Origin: a virus
IMG/VR virus record: IMGVR_UViG_3300025096_000006
Coordinates: 1 to 64,000 of that record
Reading direction: 5' to 3' (one strand)
Length of the DNA stretch: 64,000 nucleotides
The notes under the pieces were generated by a model. That model was given only the letters and a program-made list of their open reading frames with translations. It ran no database searches and had not been told where the DNA came from. Within the stretch, counting starts at the first letter, position 1. Each line of letters starts with the position of its first letter. Below are positions 10,151-20,200 of this stretch, one piece after another. A program made the position numbers and the translations under genes.

Positions 10151-11035
10151 TCACTTCAGGATGTCATTAAATATATTTGGGACACCGGGAGGAGCTATAG
10201 ATTCCTGCGGAAAAGTTACCTCCACAACATTCTCATCTAAACGAACTATTGGTCGATCGTCGCTTTCTCCCTCTCCAATTAGGTACCCTAATATCTTAAT
10301 GGTTATCTCACTTGTAAATAGTCTTGTCTCTTCGCCCATGGAACTAACATTGTTGCTGTGTGTAAAACCCTGTTCAATAAAGCCCTCATATATATGGCCG
10401 TTTCTACGCATGGTAAACGCATTAATCTGCCCAGTGCGTGTTATAAATGGCTGCATTAATTCGTTAATTTGCTGCTGATACTCTGTTCTTATGGTGATTT
10501 TATATTCGAGATCAACATACACCGGAATTGGAATTGATAAAAATTGAATTACTACTTTCTTATTAATTCTTGGATAGTGCCTTTGTAACTTCTGTCCAAC
10601 ATTATTTCTAGTGCCAGTCGCAACAGCAAAATTTTTAGTTTTATCTTGCACTATCCTTTTTGCAATTGTAAAGCGTCCGGAGCGTCCGTTTTTGTCTTTA
10701 GAAAATAGATTGGCTTGAAATGTGCCTTTTCTGGCAGGATCCTTGGTGATGCCTGTTCGCTCAACACTAATAAGGGGCAGAATTAAGGAGCCGGCGCCGT
10801 CTCTTAAATCCTTGTCGTGCTTAAGTTGATATGCCCTTTCTGGTGCTTGCCACAAAACGGGCGCTTTTTTAAAACCCGAACTGGTTGTGGTAGTTAAGTT
10901 TAAGTCTTCTTTTATCCACGACATCAGCGCATAATCAATACTCTCAATTGATGAGCCCAGCATTCCAATTTCTTGTAAAGTAAAATTTGTACTTCCAGAA
11001 GGAAGCATAGCAAAATCAAAATTATCAGGTAGCAT
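10151..11035 (-). CDS. Tail completion/sheath terminator protein (gp15-like)
   Basis: Between neck and sheath genes; LPLISVER, PVYVDLEYKITI..EYQQQINELM. Start moved to ATG 11035, which overlaps the end of the gp14-like gene. Confidence 0.6.
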   Translation of the reverse strand: MLPDNFDFAMLPSGSTNFTLQEIGMLGSSIESIDYALMSWIKEDLNLTTTTSSGFKKAPVLWQAPERAYQLKHDKDLRDGAGSLILPLISVERTGITKDPARKGTFQANLFSKDKNGRSGRFTIAKRIVQDKTKNFAVATGTRNNVGQKLQRHYPRINKKVVIQFLSIPIPVYVDLEYKITIRTEYQQQINELMQPFITRTGQINAFTMRRNGHIYEGFIEQGFTHSNNVSSMGEETRLFTSEITIKILGYLIGEGESDDRPIVRLDENVVEVTFPQESIAPPGVPNIFNDILK

Positions 11036-11513
11036 CGAATAGTCCCTTTCTTGCCCTCTTGCAAGTTGCTGAGATCTCAAGTTCCTTCTTGGCTTGTCCA
11101 AAGAGAAGCTTTGGCTCGCTTAACTTGATTATCTCATAATAATGGTCCCCATACAAAATAAAATCGCCTTCTCTCACAAATAGATCCTGATCTTCTGTCA
11201 ATCTACGTCTGTGAAAATGAACTTGAATCTCCCAAGTTCTGTCAACGCCGAAGCCATCCATATATGCTGTTTCATCGAGCATCCACTCTATTAGCGCGTA
11301 AACTCTAACTGGAGGTAAGTATGTTTTTTCAATTGCTTCCCCGTATAGTTCGTGAAATTGCGTTGTTTTCAAATCAATAGAATAATAGAGAATTTGCTGT
11401 CCGATGACTTTTTCAATAAGCTCATCATTAACTTGTTTTACTAAATCTCGTTCTTTTTTGCCAAGAAATAGTGGAGGAGGAGGCAGTTCTGGTTGTTTCC
11501 ATTCGTTTCCCAT
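11025..11513 (-). CDS. Neck/head completion protein (gp14-like)
   Basis: ELIEKVIGQQILYY, LYGEAIEK, VREGDFILY; follows the gp13-like gene. Confidence 0.75.
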   Translation of the reverse strand: MGNEWKQPELPPPPLFLGKKERDLVKQVNDELIEKVIGQQILYYSIDLKTTQFHELYGEAIEKTYLPPVRVYALIEWMLDETAYMDGFGVDRTWEIQVHFHRRRLTEDQDLFVREGDFILYGDHYYEIIKLSEPKLLFGQAKKELEISATCKRARKGLFDAT

Positions 11514-11520
11514 ATCTTAT

Positions 11521-12819
11521 TTACCCCACAAATATCGGCAATGGAGTAATCTTTATCACATTTGCAGATGCATCGGCGATCTCCTGATCCTGTTTAGCAA
11601 GAGCAACGTATTCGGTCTCTTTCAAGATTTCCATAAGCTTGTCCCTCAATTGTGTTTGCTCCTCTTTTGCTTGAGAAAGCAACTCAGAGTGGTTTAAAGT
11701 TACACTTTCTCCTGGGATCGGAATTGTTGTAAACTTACCGCGAATTTGCCCAAGCATCTCTTTACAAAGCGCTAGTGCATATTTTCGGATCCATTGTTTG
11801 CCTATTGCGTTAATTCGATCATATGGAATGTTGTCGAACGGCAATGTATTTAAATTATTGATTCCTTTTACTCCAGACCTATAGTCATCATTCTCTTCCC
11901 AGGGATCAGTATCAATATAGAACCTAAACCAAACACGATCTAAGCCACCATAATCCCAGTAACTTGGATCGGGATAAAGCCTTAGCCTATTGTTAATTAT
12001 TTCAAATGAATAATGCGATGTGCGAGTAAATAACGAATCTTCATACATAATTGCTTGCATTTTATTCTGCCAAGCTGGCACTACTTCAAATGTTGAATCG
12101 TCCGCATACTGTCCATAAGTTGAGTAGTTTCCAACCGTTCCTATGCCGCCATAATACCCATAGAAGCGCCATATCGAGGCAGGAGACTTATAAAAAACTT
12201 GCGTCACAAAAATACGGCTATCTGAGACTTTTCCAGCGTAATCAACCGCATTTCCGGCAGTATCCACGCCGCTATCACTGGCTGTCTCGACAATACTTTG
12301 CAAATCATAATCCTGTTTAGCCGTGCTGGGGGCAAACGAGGCCGAATACTGCCTTAGAGTGCCGCCAAATCCGCCAACTTCGGCTGCAGCATCGCCAACA
12401 CGACGAGAATAGCCTAATGTGTGCCTAGGATAGCGTAATTGTACGTAAGAGCCACTTAATCCGTCGCCGCCTACAAATTGACCATTATGGTCAAAGGCGC
12501 CAGTTGTCTCGCCTAAGACATTTGACAAAACATTCTTGCCTTGGTGCAAATTAAAGATATATGAGTATTCCAGCACAGCCTCTTCATAGGCAGCATAAAC
12601 ATTAGAAACCGTTAACTCAATATCAACGACATCTCCACCAAGTTTTCTATAAACATAAGATACTTGATCAGATGCACCGCTAATGAAGTCATATGAGCCG
12701 GTATACATACCGAAAACAACACCATCTTTAACGTCATCTCCGCTACCATCTGCAAGGTTTCCGGTTGCTGGTAGTATAATGGCGCTAGTTGTCGATTTTG
12801 GGGTCAAATCAGTGGGCAT
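11521..12819 (-). CDS. Neck/head-tail adaptor protein (gp13-like)
   Basis: RKLGGDVVDIELT, QWIRKYALALCKEMLGQIRGKF, PGESVTLN, C-terminal PLPIFVG. Confidence 0.8.
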   Translation of the reverse strand: MPTDLTPKSTTSAIILPATGNLADGSGDDVKDGVVFGMYTGSYDFISGASDQVSYVYRKLGGDVVDIELTVSNVYAAYEEAVLEYSYIFNLHQGKNVLSNVLGETTGAFDHNGQFVGGDGLSGSYVQLRYPRHTLGYSRRVGDAAAEVGGFGGTLRQYSASFAPSTAKQDYDLQSIVETASDSGVDTAGNAVDYAGKVSDSRIFVTQVFYKSPASIWRFYGYYGGIGTVGNYSTYGQYADDSTFEVVPAWQNKMQAIMYEDSLFTRTSHYSFEIINNRLRLYPDPSYWDYGGLDRVWFRFYIDTDPWEENDDYRSGVKGINNLNTLPFDNIPYDRINAIGKQWIRKYALALCKEMLGQIRGKFTTIPIPGESVTLNHSELLSQAKEEQTQLRDKLMEILKETEYVALAKQDQEIADASANVIKITPLPIFVG

Positions 12820-12836
12820 AAATCATCCTCCTACGG

Positions 12837-12843
12837 TAATTAG
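12837..12843 (-). promoter_or_regulatory. Putative late promoter motif CTAATTA (neck gp13)
   Basis: Just upstream of the AGGAGG SD and downstream of a terminator. Confidence 0.5.
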
Positions 12844-12936
12844 TTTTGATTGCTATTGATCTCATGATAAAACTAAAAATCTCAAAAATTTACCGGCGAA
12901 AAAATCTGGGAAACTATCATTTTTGATTATTAATTT

Positions 12937-12972
12937 CAAAATAAAAAACCCCGCCCTTTTAAAGGCGAGGTC
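12937..12972 (-). terminator. Rho-independent terminator
   Basis: Minus strand ACCTCGCCTTT-AA-AAGGGCGGGGT hairpin followed by TTTTTATTTT, just after the small Lys/Ala-rich ORF. Confidence 0.75.
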
Positions 12973-12991
12973 TTATTATTAAAAAGAGCTT

Positions 12992-13114
12992 TTAGCTTTT
13001 GGCGCCCTTAGCTGCTCCCTTAGCTTTGGGTGCTGCCTTCTTGGCTGCTCCTTTTGCCTTGGGTGCTGCCTTTTTAGGGGCTTGTCTTACTTTGGCCCAT
13101 GGAAATAATCTCAT
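12992..13114 (-). CDS. Small basic Lys/Ala/Pro-rich peptide (40 aa, histone H1-tail-like)
   Basis: Manual translation MRLFPWAKVRQAPKKAAPKAKGAAKKAAPKAKGAAKGAKS*; AAGGATAAGGTG SD 6 nt upstream; followed by a terminator; below the ORF track size cutoff. Confidence 0.75.
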   Translation of the reverse strand: MRLFPWAKVRQAPKKAAPKAKGAAKKAAPKAKGAAKGAKS

Positions 13115-13150
13115 TTTTTCACCTTATCCTTTTTTAGTTTGTTTTTTGTT

Positions 13151-13984
13151 TTATCTTTCCATACAACATCTGATATAGTCAACGCTTACTGTGTTAGCAG
13201 CACCCTCTCGGGCTGCAACGCTGATGTAAGGAAAGACAATTGTTCCGTCAGGAAAGCCAGTAGTTCCTCTACCAACAGTAGCCTTTAAAGAGCCGTTGAC
13301 ATAAGCTTTTATATCAGGTCCGCTGAAGTAAAAACTAAGAGTCATGTATGTGTCATCTACTACTGTGTGGCTGAGCGATGTGGCGGTCTCGTTATCGTCC
13401 TCAGCTGTTAAAAGCGTGAGAACTTCGGAAGCGGCGCCATCGGCAACGTAAAATCCGCATGCATCTTCAATATCAGCACCGTCTGCATCAGTTTCTTCGG
13501 AGCCGGCGGCTGAACCAAGACCGATAAAGAAACCAGTACCAGAAATATCACTAGTTTTAATTCTACATTCCCACCAAATATTTCTTGCCGTTGAAGAACT
13601 TGTATCGAACTTAAAGCAATGGTTGATTGCTGTCATAAATGTTGCCTCGTTATCACCCGTGCCATGAAGAATTTCAAGAATACCGCCGGGGAGCGCGGCA
13701 TCAATAGTGATTGTATCGCTCGTTCCGGTCGACACATTGGTACGCCAAACAATGTTATCGATGGCAGTTGCTTGCGCCAAAGACTCACCAGCACCTACTC
13801 CTGTTGAGCCGTTTGCAACCAGGAAGTCGTCCATAAATCCCCAGTACTTTGCGGGCTGTAGCTCCCATGCAGGCATATCAAAGCCTGTCTTTCCTGATCT
13901 ATCGCCGGTAGTATCGGCTGAGAGTGCGTTCATTCTTTTAAGAACGGTCTCAAGGCGCTTAGCACCTAATCTTCTATTTCCCAT
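13151..13984 (-). CDS. Capsid-adjacent virion protein (possible decoration protein, beta-rich ConA/LamG-like)
   Basis: Immediately downstream of the major capsid gene; alternating beta-strand patterns (WWECRIK, GFFIGL, YMTLSFYF, VSVDYIR); strong AAAGGAG SD. Confidence 0.45.
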   Translation of the reverse strand: MGNRRLGAKRLETVLKRMNALSADTTGDRSGKTGFDMPAWELQPAKYWGFMDDFLVANGSTGVGAGESLAQATAIDNIVWRTNVSTGTSDTITIDAALPGGILEILHGTGDNEATFMTAINHCFKFDTSSSTARNIWWECRIKTSDISGTGFFIGLGSAAGSEETDADGADIEDACGFYVADGAASEVLTLLTAEDDNETATSLSHTVVDDTYMTLSFYFSGPDIKAYVNGSLKATVGRGTTGFPDGTIVFPYISVAAREGAANTVSVDYIRCCMER

Positions 13985-14117
13985 AATTTAATTTCTCCTT
14001 TTATTATGTTATTGCAATAACTTGATTTTACTCAATGATTCTATTCCAGCCACTTCGAAATAGGGTCTTTCTGTGGGCAGTGGCCTCGCCCAAAGGAGAA
14101 TAATCTCAAGTCACTAA
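13985..14117 (-). ncRNA. Structured 5' leader RNA with kissing loops and anti-SD (candidate cis-regulatory switch)
   Basis: Closing helix AGUGACUUGA (14115-14106):UCAAGUUAUU (14025-14016); hairpins UGGGC-GAGGCCACU-GCCCA and CUAUUUC-GAAGUGGCU-GGAAUAG with complementary loops; UUCUCCUUU (14100-14092) complementary to the SD AAAGGAGAA (14001-13993). Confidence 0.6.
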
Positions 14118-14124
14118 TAAATAG
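14118..14124 (-). promoter_or_regulatory. Putative late promoter motif CTATTTA (starts the structured leader)
   Basis: Between the capsid terminator and the first base-paired segment of the leader. Confidence 0.55.
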
Positions 14125-14132
14125 CACCAACA

Positions 14133-14172
14133 AATAGAAAACTCCCACCTAAGTTGCCCTAGGTGGGAGTTT
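14133..14172 (-). terminator. Rho-independent terminator after the major capsid gene
   Basis: AAACTCCCACCTAGG-GCAA-CTTAGGTGGGAGTTT: long stem, GNRA tetraloop, U-rich tail. Confidence 0.85.
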
Positions 14173-14200
14173 GAGTATCTAACTTAGTTAGACTTGTCTA

Positions 14201-16027
14201 TTATAGACCAGCCTCACCAATGAGTCCGCGAACGATAACGAGACCGTACATATCAGGACGAACCATCTTCTTGGCATAACGAGTCATGACTCCCTTACGG
14301 GGCACGAAGTCCTCTGGTCCAAAGATGGTAGGTGTGGTCTGCAGTGGTACGTAAGGTGCGTACACATATCCGCTTTCAAGGAAAGAGGATCCGCGACGAC
14401 CAACGAGAACCACGTTGCGCAGGAAGTAGGGGTCAACAATAACGTCATACTTCTTGCTCAAGGAACCAGCCTTGACAGCACCAACAGAGCCCTTGGCATC
14501 ATCCATTGCGACACTTGCACGGAAACCGGAAGTGAACTCAAGGATGTTAGCAACCTCTGGGGAAACCACCAAGAAGTTAGCTCCACCACGAAGAGTCTTT
14601 CTGTGGATCTGGGCAGAAACATCGTTAATTGTCTCAACGAGAGTCTCATACCACTCGCTAACCGTACCAGTGAAGTCGGGAGCAGCAGAGCTAGCACCGA
14701 TTTCTGCACCAGTAACGCGGTTCACGAACAGACCTGGAGAACGAGACCAGTAGTAAGTAGCTGCTGTAGCACCATTCACAAGGTCAGCAAGGACCTCGCG
14801 ATCGATTTCGAGAGCAATCTGCTCCGAAAGGATGCTTGTAAGCTCGACCTCCGCATCAAGGTTGTGGTAGGCATTAAGATCTTGTCCTAATTCCGGCGTC
14901 CACTTAGCCTTGAGCTTCTTGGTCTGAGCGGTAACAGCAATGCTATCCACCTTGATGTCGATCTCAGGGATGAATTCGTTGGATTCAAGTCCCCAGGATG
15001 TAGCACCAACAACCGCACCAAGGGCAGTTGCGTTTGTAAGCTTATCCTTGAGAGGATAGCTAAACTCACCAGTAGCAATACCGGTAGCGCTGCTCTTGTC
15101 AGTATTACCAGCAGTTAAAGAACCACCAGCCATAGCTAAGACGACTCTGAGAGCCTTGTTAGTAAGAGTGGCATCAGCGGCAGCAATACGACTAGTCAAA
15201 CGACGAATCTGCTTCTGAAAGTCGGCACCAGCCGCGTCAGCAACAGCATCCAACGTTGCCAAAGCTGTGTCGCTAATTACGAATGCTCCGAGATTGTCGA
15301 AGTCCATGTAATCAACACCACGTGCGTCAGCAAGATCAGCCTCATCTATATCCATAATAACAATACCAATTGAAGAATCGGTGGACGAGAGAAGATCAGC
15401 ATCATAGTCGATAAGCTTTTTGTTAGCTTCAGTGACAGCACCATCAAGCAAGAATGCACCCATAACTGTGATGCTAGCCTGAGTAATATTAGCGTCGTTA
15501 CTTCCGGTTGGGGACGAGTAGTTGTAACCCATGGCAGTACGAGGACCACCAAAGTCTTCGGCATAAGTGCCTCCGACAAGATCCACACCCGAAACGATTT
15601 CGCTACCAACCTGATTAGTACCATAGATCGACTTGTCGACTGTGTTACCAGTTCTGGCGGCTAGGGTTCCGGAAGCGCCAATATCAGGCGAGTACACGAA
15701 GTCCAGGAAGAAGATGAGCCCACTTGGCAGACTCATGGGCTGAACACTAACGAGATCGTTAGCAACCAGACCGGCGAAAACACGACGGACGATGGGGAAT
15801 GCGACGGCTGCGAAACCTTCAACATCTCCAGCAGCCATACTGCTACTCTCGCGAAGAAGCTCCTTAGCCTGATTCTCTAAGAGTCGAGCCATGGTGCCTT
15901 TCTTACGATCATCTCCAAGACCCTCTAAGAGTCCTGTGCGCTCCCACTTTGATAACAAAGCATGACCTTCGGAGCGCATATTACGGTCAACAATACCTTC
16001 TGTCAACCTTTCAACAATACCAGACAT
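14201..16027 (-). CDS. Major capsid protein (T4 gp23-like)
   Basis: LSKWERTGLLEG, ARLLENQ, LVSVQPMSLPSGLIFFLDF, TKKLKAKWTPELGQDLNAYH, YAPYVPL, PRKGVMTRY. Confidence 0.97.
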   Translation of the reverse strand: MSGIVERLTEGIVDRNMRSEGHALLSKWERTGLLEGLGDDRKKGTMARLLENQAKELLRESSSMAAGDVEGFAAVAFPIVRRVFAGLVANDLVSVQPMSLPSGLIFFLDFVYSPDIGASGTLAARTGNTVDKSIYGTNQVGSEIVSGVDLVGGTYAEDFGGPRTAMGYNYSSPTGSNDANITQASITVMGAFLLDGAVTEANKKLIDYDADLLSSTDSSIGIVIMDIDEADLADARGVDYMDFDNLGAFVISDTALATLDAVADAAGADFQKQIRRLTSRIAAADATLTNKALRVVLAMAGGSLTAGNTDKSSATGIATGEFSYPLKDKLTNATALGAVVGATSWGLESNEFIPEIDIKVDSIAVTAQTKKLKAKWTPELGQDLNAYHNLDAEVELTSILSEQIALEIDREVLADLVNGATAATYYWSRSPGLFVNRVTGAEIGASSAAPDFTGTVSEWYETLVETINDVSAQIHRKTLRGGANFLVVSPEVANILEFTSGFRASVAMDDAKGSVGAVKAGSLSKKYDVIVDPYFLRNVVLVGRRGSSFLESGYVYAPYVPLQTTPTIFGPEDFVPRKGVMTRYAKKMVRPDMYGLVIVRGLIGEAGL

Positions 16028-16063
16028 TTTTAAATCACCTCCTTTTATATAATGATTTTTAGT

Positions 16064-17194
16064 TTATTTTATTCCAGCTAGTCTCTTCATCCTTTCACTG
16101 AAAGGATCAGAGCTTGTGCTCTCATTATTACTATGCCGAGAAGCACGAATTACAGATGAACTAGAACGACGATTAATTGCCTCGCTCAGCGATTGTGGTC
16201 CACGCTTGGGCGTTGACTCCGCTGTGCTTTGAAGCGTATCAAAAATTGTTCTTGCTTCCGTAACTGAACCGGCGCGTGAAATAGCTTCGACAATTCTATC
16301 TTTTTGTCGCTCATTTAAGGAGGTATTTCTCAATACACGGTTCGTGTAGAGCAAGCGAGCATTGGAAAGATTTACATCTTGTAAGCCTTCCTTCAGCTCA
16401 TTAGTTGCTTGCTTATATTGTTTGTTTTGCTCTTTAAGTTGTTTATTTTCGAAAAACAACTCTTCTTGAGCTTTCTTTAAATCTTTTAATTCTTCTTCAA
16501 CATCAGTTGAGCGGCGATGTGCCAGCTCTTTTTCCATTTGATGTTTCATATCTTCGTTAGAGCGTCCGGGCCAACCAGCTAAGTCGGCGCCCATGTCAAC
16601 AGTAAGTTTTTCTGTGATGGCGTCTACGAGGCTGTCGAGGTCAAGACCCTCCTCATATGGCTCTTCTTCTGGATCACCAGCTTTTTCAGGATCGTCGGCG
16701 GGCATCTCTGGCTCATCTTCTTCTTTCTCTCGACTGTCGCCATCCTCAGTGACCGTAACAGTCTCAGCTTCCTCTTCTTCGCTCTCTGAAAGAAGGTTTA
16801 CAAGCTCTGATTCATCGAACTCATACTCTTCCGATTCATTCAGTTCCTGCTCTAAATTGCTAATAGCTTCTTGCAATGCGTCTAGATCCACATTGAATTC
16901 TACAGACTCTCCCTGCTCTGGCAGTTTACTTAAATTTTGACCTTGCTCGTTAGACAGCCCATCAGTTGAAGCTAGGGGAATGTTCTTCGCGATCTCTTCC
17001 GGCTCTTCTTCGGGCTCGTCGCCCTCGTCGGCAGCGGGATCATCAGTAAAGATATCATCCTGCTCTAAAAGTTGATCTAGCGTCTTGCGAAATTCATCAG
17101 AATACTTCTCAACAATCGCAGCTTCTGCATTTTTTAAAGCTGTTTCGCGCAATGCTTTTGCGTCTACGATCGCTTCTTGTAATAAACTAGACAT
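16064..17194 (-). CDS. Prohead scaffolding protein (gp22-like)
   Basis: Highly acidic, coiled-coil, many L-x-E sites, ends RMKRLAGIK; directly upstream of the major capsid gene. Confidence 0.8.
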   Translation of the reverse strand: MSSLLQEAIVDAKALRETALKNAEAAIVEKYSDEFRKTLDQLLEQDDIFTDDPAADEGDEPEEEPEEIAKNIPLASTDGLSNEQGQNLSKLPEQGESVEFNVDLDALQEAISNLEQELNESEEYEFDESELVNLLSESEEEEAETVTVTEDGDSREKEEDEPEMPADDPEKAGDPEEEPYEEGLDLDSLVDAITEKLTVDMGADLAGWPGRSNEDMKHQMEKELAHRRSTDVEEELKDLKKAQEELFFENKQLKEQNKQYKQATNELKEGLQDVNLSNARLLYTNRVLRNTSLNERQKDRIVEAISRAGSVTEARTIFDTLQSTAESTPKRGPQSLSEAINRRSSSSVIRASRHSNNESTSSDPFSERMKRLAGIK

Positions 17195-17226
17195 ATAGTG
17201 GCTCCTAAAGAAATACTAATTCAAAA

Positions 17227-17233
17227 TAAATAG
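17227..17233 (-). promoter_or_regulatory. Putative late promoter motif CTATTTA (scaffold-capsid)
   Basis: Recurring intergenic motif; also at 22307, 26421, 37669, 52015 and 57029. Confidence 0.55.
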
Positions 17234-17268
17234 TATTTCTATGGCGAAAAAGCAATATATTATTACTA

Positions 17269-20200
17269 TCAGATTCCTGAAGTATCATATTCTATAACTA
17301 AAGTTACATTCACGTTGCCGGGGTTGGAGTCGGGCTCTACAGCGAAAGCAATGGAATCCCCAGCAACCCAGTGCGCGGAACCACTTGTGTTATAGACCCC
17401 CACGGCTGCAGCACCACCTTGGCTAACCACTACCTGCTCAATCTCAGTCGCAGTAGTCCAGTCGGATGCTGCGGTACCAGCGGACATTTTATGGATGCCG
17501 AAGGTGACATTTGCATTTTGAGCATTTTCCGTTCTTATGAACGCTCTTACAAGTCGACCATCGAAGGGAGCTACAATAGAATGGGTAGCGTCCGCGCTGG
17601 TGAGGTTTGCAGCGGAGCCCAGATGCATCGGAATAGCTTTTTGCTGGTCACCGGACGTGTCATACGAACAAAAGTGATTGTAGATAGATCCCGATGCTCT
17701 TAGCTTGCCGTTAACTTTTGTAACAGAAGCACCACCGGCACCAATAGTTACATCGATTTCGCCGTCTGCATTGCCGTCTTGCAGTTTAATACCGGTAGTA
17801 ACTGTACCGTCATGCTCAGCGACTTTAAGCTCTAACGTACCGCCTTCTGAGCCAGCGGTCATATCAGAGATAGAGCCGACAATTGCACTATACATATGAA
17901 CATTGCTGCCATCGTCTTCACTGACGAACGCTATATTACCGACAACATCGTTGTCTGCCACGCTACTACCGTTCTTGGTGAACTGCAGTGCGGGACCATT
18001 AGCATCAGCGTTTGTATTCTTGATCTCGACATTGGGCTTTTCAGAAGTTGCACTCGTAATAACCACAGAAGGTCCGTCAATCGTGACTGCGGTTGACGCA
18101 TTTAGATCAATTGTGGGCGCCGTCATGTCTAAAGTTGTACCAGAGTTGATTTCAAGGTGACCATCGGCGGAGGCAACAATGTTTTCATCACCACCAGCAT
18201 CGTTGAAGGAAATCTTAGCAGAAGAGCCTAAAACTAGCTCATCTCCAGACATGTCCCAATGTACGAATTTTCCAGCAGATTCGCCAAAGAACTTAAAGTC
18301 AACGCCATGATCATCAGCGCCACCAATTAACATTCCCTCTGTATTGCCGTCAGCATCCCACTGGATACCAACATGAGCTGCTGTGCCAGCTGTATAAAGG
18401 AAGGCGTCTGCGCCGCTACCTGCGGAAGCTCCAACCTTAACCTCGCCGGTAGCGGTTAAAAGACCAGCAGTAGTGGTAACAGATGCTGCGCCATTTCCGA
18501 TCGTAACATCAACTTCGTTGTCGGCGCTACCATCTGTAAGAACAAGACCGTGATTTAAGCCGCCGTCGTGTGAGGCAACTGAAAGGTGCATCTTTCCGCC
18601 TTCATCGCCATCAGTATGCACCGCAACTCGTGTTCTAATACGGCCGAATAATATTTGTTCCTGTGCGGCATTATCGCCGTAGAACTCAATTACTCCTACA
18701 TTGTCATCGGCGGCACCTGCAGCTCCCTTATCTTTAACGAAGCGTAAAACACCAGCATTTGCGTCATTTGTAGTGTTTTTAATCACAACTCTAGGTCTAG
18801 CAGAAGTGCTTGACTCGACGCTAACAATTGGACTATCAATAGTTGTCACAGTAGACGCATGAATCTCTGTTGTTGGCGCAGTCATATCAAGTGTTGTACC
18901 AGCGTTAACCTCTAAGTGTCCATTGGAAGAGGCAAGAATGTTTTCACCGCCGGCTGCATCGTGGAAAGAGAGCTTGGAGGATGAAGCGAGAACAAGCTCG
19001 TCACCAGACATGTCCCACTGGACATACTTTCCAGAAGTTTCTCCAAAGAACTTAAAGTCAACACCATGGTCATCAGCACCACCGATTAATGTTCCCTCTG
19101 TATTGCCGTCAGCATCCCACTGGATACCTACGTGTGCGGCAGTTCCAGCTGTGTACGCAAAGAAGTCTTGACCGGAGCCTGCGCTTGCACCTACCTTCGT
19201 AACACCACTGACTGTCAACCCTTGATTGTTTGTGGTAAGAGTTGTGCCGGGTTCATCAATGGTTTTGTCGTCTCCGTCACACGCCATGATAACGCCGGCA
19301 GTAGTAAAGGTGCTTCCCGCTGATACGTCACCGGAGCCTCCACCGGATGCGGCTTCCCAACCGGGCACAGCGCCATCTAATGTAAGCACATGATTATCAC
19401 TACCAACAGCGATTCTAGTTAAAACCCCGCTGGCATTTCGATAATACATGTCGCCAGATGCATCGGATCCTAAAGCAAATCCGCCATTTGGTATGTCTAA
19501 GTCGCCTGCAATTGTGGTGAGAGAATCTGCGCCAGCACCAATTGTGACATCAATTTCACCATCAGCGTCACCATCTTGTAACTTGAGACCGGTAGTCACC
19601 GTGCCGTCATGCTCTGCAACTTTAAGTTCTAGTTTACCGCCTTCGGTGCCGGCAGTCATATCAGAGATTGATCCAATAATTGATGCGTATGTGTGAGCAT
19701 TGCTTCCGTCATCTTCGCTTACGAATGTGATATTACCAATCACATCGGCATCAGCAACACTGCTTCCGTCTTTCAAGAACTTGAGAGAACCACCGGTTGC
19801 ATCAGCATTGGTATTCTTAAGGGTAAAGACTGGACAGTTTGTTACGCCATTGCCTTCTAAAATAAGACCCACATCGTGTTCGTGAGTTAAAGTAATTTCT
19901 GAGTTTGTACCAAAATGAATAACTGAGGAATCACTCAGAAGGATTAAGTCATCACCGACAACCGCATCAAGAGCAACACTTAGTCCGCCATCTGTCTGCA
20001 AAGAGCCGTCCGTCGTAGATGTTGCAGCAGTGGTATCGTCAACAATAACTCTACCCTTTCCAGTAATATTACCGGCGACGATCATATTGTGCGAGGCATC
20101 AATAGAAAGCGAATTGCTTGCCAATGTTCCATCAAAAGAAGCATCCGTGTTAATAATGAAGGCGTCAGCAGTATCGTCAATTCCCATAATGGTTTTGAGC

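Noticed and set aside
869-12819. Bacterial contractile injection system or tailocin locus
   Set aside because: Capsid, scaffold, protease, portal, terminase and primase are contiguous, so this is a phage genome.
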